Shown in pieces: positions 33,778 to 34,834 of a stretch of DNA of 34,834 nt; the stretch's first letter is position 1, and every line of letters begins with the position of its first letter. Made by a program: the position numbers and the translations under genes. The notes under the pieces are model-generated. The model worked only from the letters and a program-made list of their open reading frames with translations. It had not been told where the DNA came from and did not search any database. This DNA is from a virus. Its lineage: Duplodnaviria; Caudoviricetes. The DNA lies in the IMG/VR virus record IMGVR_UViG_3300027679_000019, positions 1-34,834 of that record; one strand, given 5' to 3'.

Positions 33778-33824
33778 GGATCGGAAGGACAGGGAAGTTG
33801 GGAGAATGGAAAAGGGAATGGCAA

Positions 33825-34163
33825 ATGATTGAAATTAGGGTGCCGATCAAGATTGTGTCGGTTGCGAACTTAAGGTTGCATTGGGCTGTAAAGGCAAAAT
33901 TGGCTAAAAGTCACCGGTCAAAAGCGTTCAGCGCATTGGCGTCGGTTGCAGCACCACCAGCTCCACCATGCACACTGGTGCTCACCAGAATCGCACCAAG
34001 GGCATTAGACGGTGACAACCTGCAGTCAGCCTTTAAAGCCGTGCGCGATGGTGTCGCAGACTGGCTTGGCGTTGACGATGGCCACAAAGGTTTGGATTGG
34101 CAATACAGCCAGCGCAAAGATGGACCCAAAGTCTATGCGGTTGAAATTGAAGTGATAGCATGA
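33825..34163 (+). CDS. RusA-like Holliday junction resolvase
   Basis: LDGDNL..AFKAVRDGVAD..GVDD motif. Real start probably ATG 33825; the longer 33636 call translates the iterons. Confidence 0.75.
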   Translation: MIEIRVPIKIVSVANLRLHWAVKAKLAKSHRSKAFSALASVAAPPAPPCTLVLTRIAPRALDGDNLQSAFKAVRDGVADWLGVDDGHKGLDWQYSQRKDGPKVYAVEIEVIA

Positions 34164-34305
34164 TGGCGGCATTGCAGTTGCCACTTTGGGGGAAAGCGTT
34201 GTGTAAGTACCCCGCTTTTTTGGTTAATCAGAATACGGGGAAATGTCGGGGTGGGCGATTCTCGGCGACAATTTTCCCAATTACGCGCGCGCGCACGGGG
34301 CAGGC

Positions 34306-34818
34306 ATGAAAACTTTGGCAGAAAAAACAACCAAAACAGGCGCCATTATGGGCAGGCCGGTGGAGTTTCCCATCGAAAGTCCAGTGTGGCAGCAAATCAT
34401 TGATGAAATTGCTGGCGGTAAAAGCCTGTCTGGTGCCTTGCGCTTGGAAGGAATGCCCAGCTACGGTTTGGCCAAGCTAATGATCCGAACTAACCCAGAA
34501 TACAAGGAAGCCTACGAAAAGGCCGTAGAAGACCGCGCAGACCGTTTGGCAGAGGAGATTGTCGAACTGGCTGATATGGTGCCTCCAGACGGCTTAGAAG
34601 GTACTGCAATGAGCGCCTGGGTGAATCAAAAGCGCCTGCAGGTCGATGCTCGCAAATGGGTGGCCAGCAAGCTCAAGCCGCGGACATATGGTGACCGGCT
34701 CGATGTTAGCGTCAGCGATAACAGGATCAGCGTCATTCAGGCGTTGGAGCAGGCGCAGGCTCGAGTGCAAATTGGTATGGCAAAAACAGACGATATCGTT
34801 GATGTAGAACCTAAGTAA
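34306..34818 (+). CDS. terS: Terminase small subunit (Sf6/P22-like)
   Basis: IAGGKSL HTH-like region, AEEIVELAD, RLQVDARKWVASKLKPRTYGDR. Start uncertain (34243, 34306 or 34348). Confidence 0.88.
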   Translation: MKTLAEKTTKTGAIMGRPVEFPIESPVWQQIIDEIAGGKSLSGALRLEGMPSYGLAKLMIRTNPEYKEAYEKAVEDRADRLAEEIVELADMVPPDGLEGTAMSAWVNQKRLQVDARKWVASKLKPRTYGDRLDVSVSDNRISVIQALEQAQARVQIGMAKTDDIVDVEPK

Positions 34819-34834
34819 TATGTGGATATCTTAT

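Noticed and set aside
33636-33824. N-terminal extension of the 175-aa ORF and other short ORFs over the repeats
   Set aside because: Low-complexity translation of the iteron array; the RusA-like domain begins at ATG 33825.
1-34834. Terminal repeats or exact circular overlap
   Set aside because: The first and last bases do not match. Gene order (terS at the end, terL near the start) suggests circular permutation, but the junction is not visible.
1-34834. Alternative genetic code or stop-codon reassignment
   Set aside because: Core genes are full length under the standard code, and all three stop codons are used as terminators.

Overview
The window looks like a near-complete ~34.8 kb genome of a tailed dsDNA phage with a P22/Sf6-like (podovirus) virion module. 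The + strand from 1.6 to 23.5 kb carries terminase large subunit, portal, a fibre/tailspike block placed between portal and scaffold, scaffold, P22-type coat, gp4/gp10-like tail proteins, needle/fibre, a cupin, three ejection-type proteins and a lysis cassette (holin-like genes plus an M15 peptidase endolysin). The - strand from 23.5 to 30.4 kb is an early/recombination operon (SF2 helicase, Cas4-like nuclease, DUF669 SSB-like protein, Sak4-like AAA ATPase, small ORFs). The + strand from 30.5 to 34.8 kb carries a Cro-like HTH, a C5 DNA methyltransferase, a primase-helicase, an iteron/palindrome origin candidate, a RusA-like resolvase and terminase small subunit. I recognised no integrase, CI repressor, tRNA or CRISPR array. 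Main observations: (1) the C5 methyltransferase is encoded as two overlapping-frame polypeptides (M.EcoHK31I-like), and one G11 tract puts both out of frame at once, so it is either a phase-variation switch or a homopolymer error; (2) a 475-aa orphan between terS and terL shares an N-x-L-A double motif with the ejection proteins and is followed by a convergent antisense small gene with its own strong SD, a candidate injected effector/immunity pair; (3) a CTAGC-N5-GCTAG operator-like site whose half-site doubles as an extended -10; (4) a probable ATT start codon in the lysis region; (5) modular, paralogous fibre genes and a candidate docking repeat in gp10. All family assignments come from motif recognition and gene order, not database searches.
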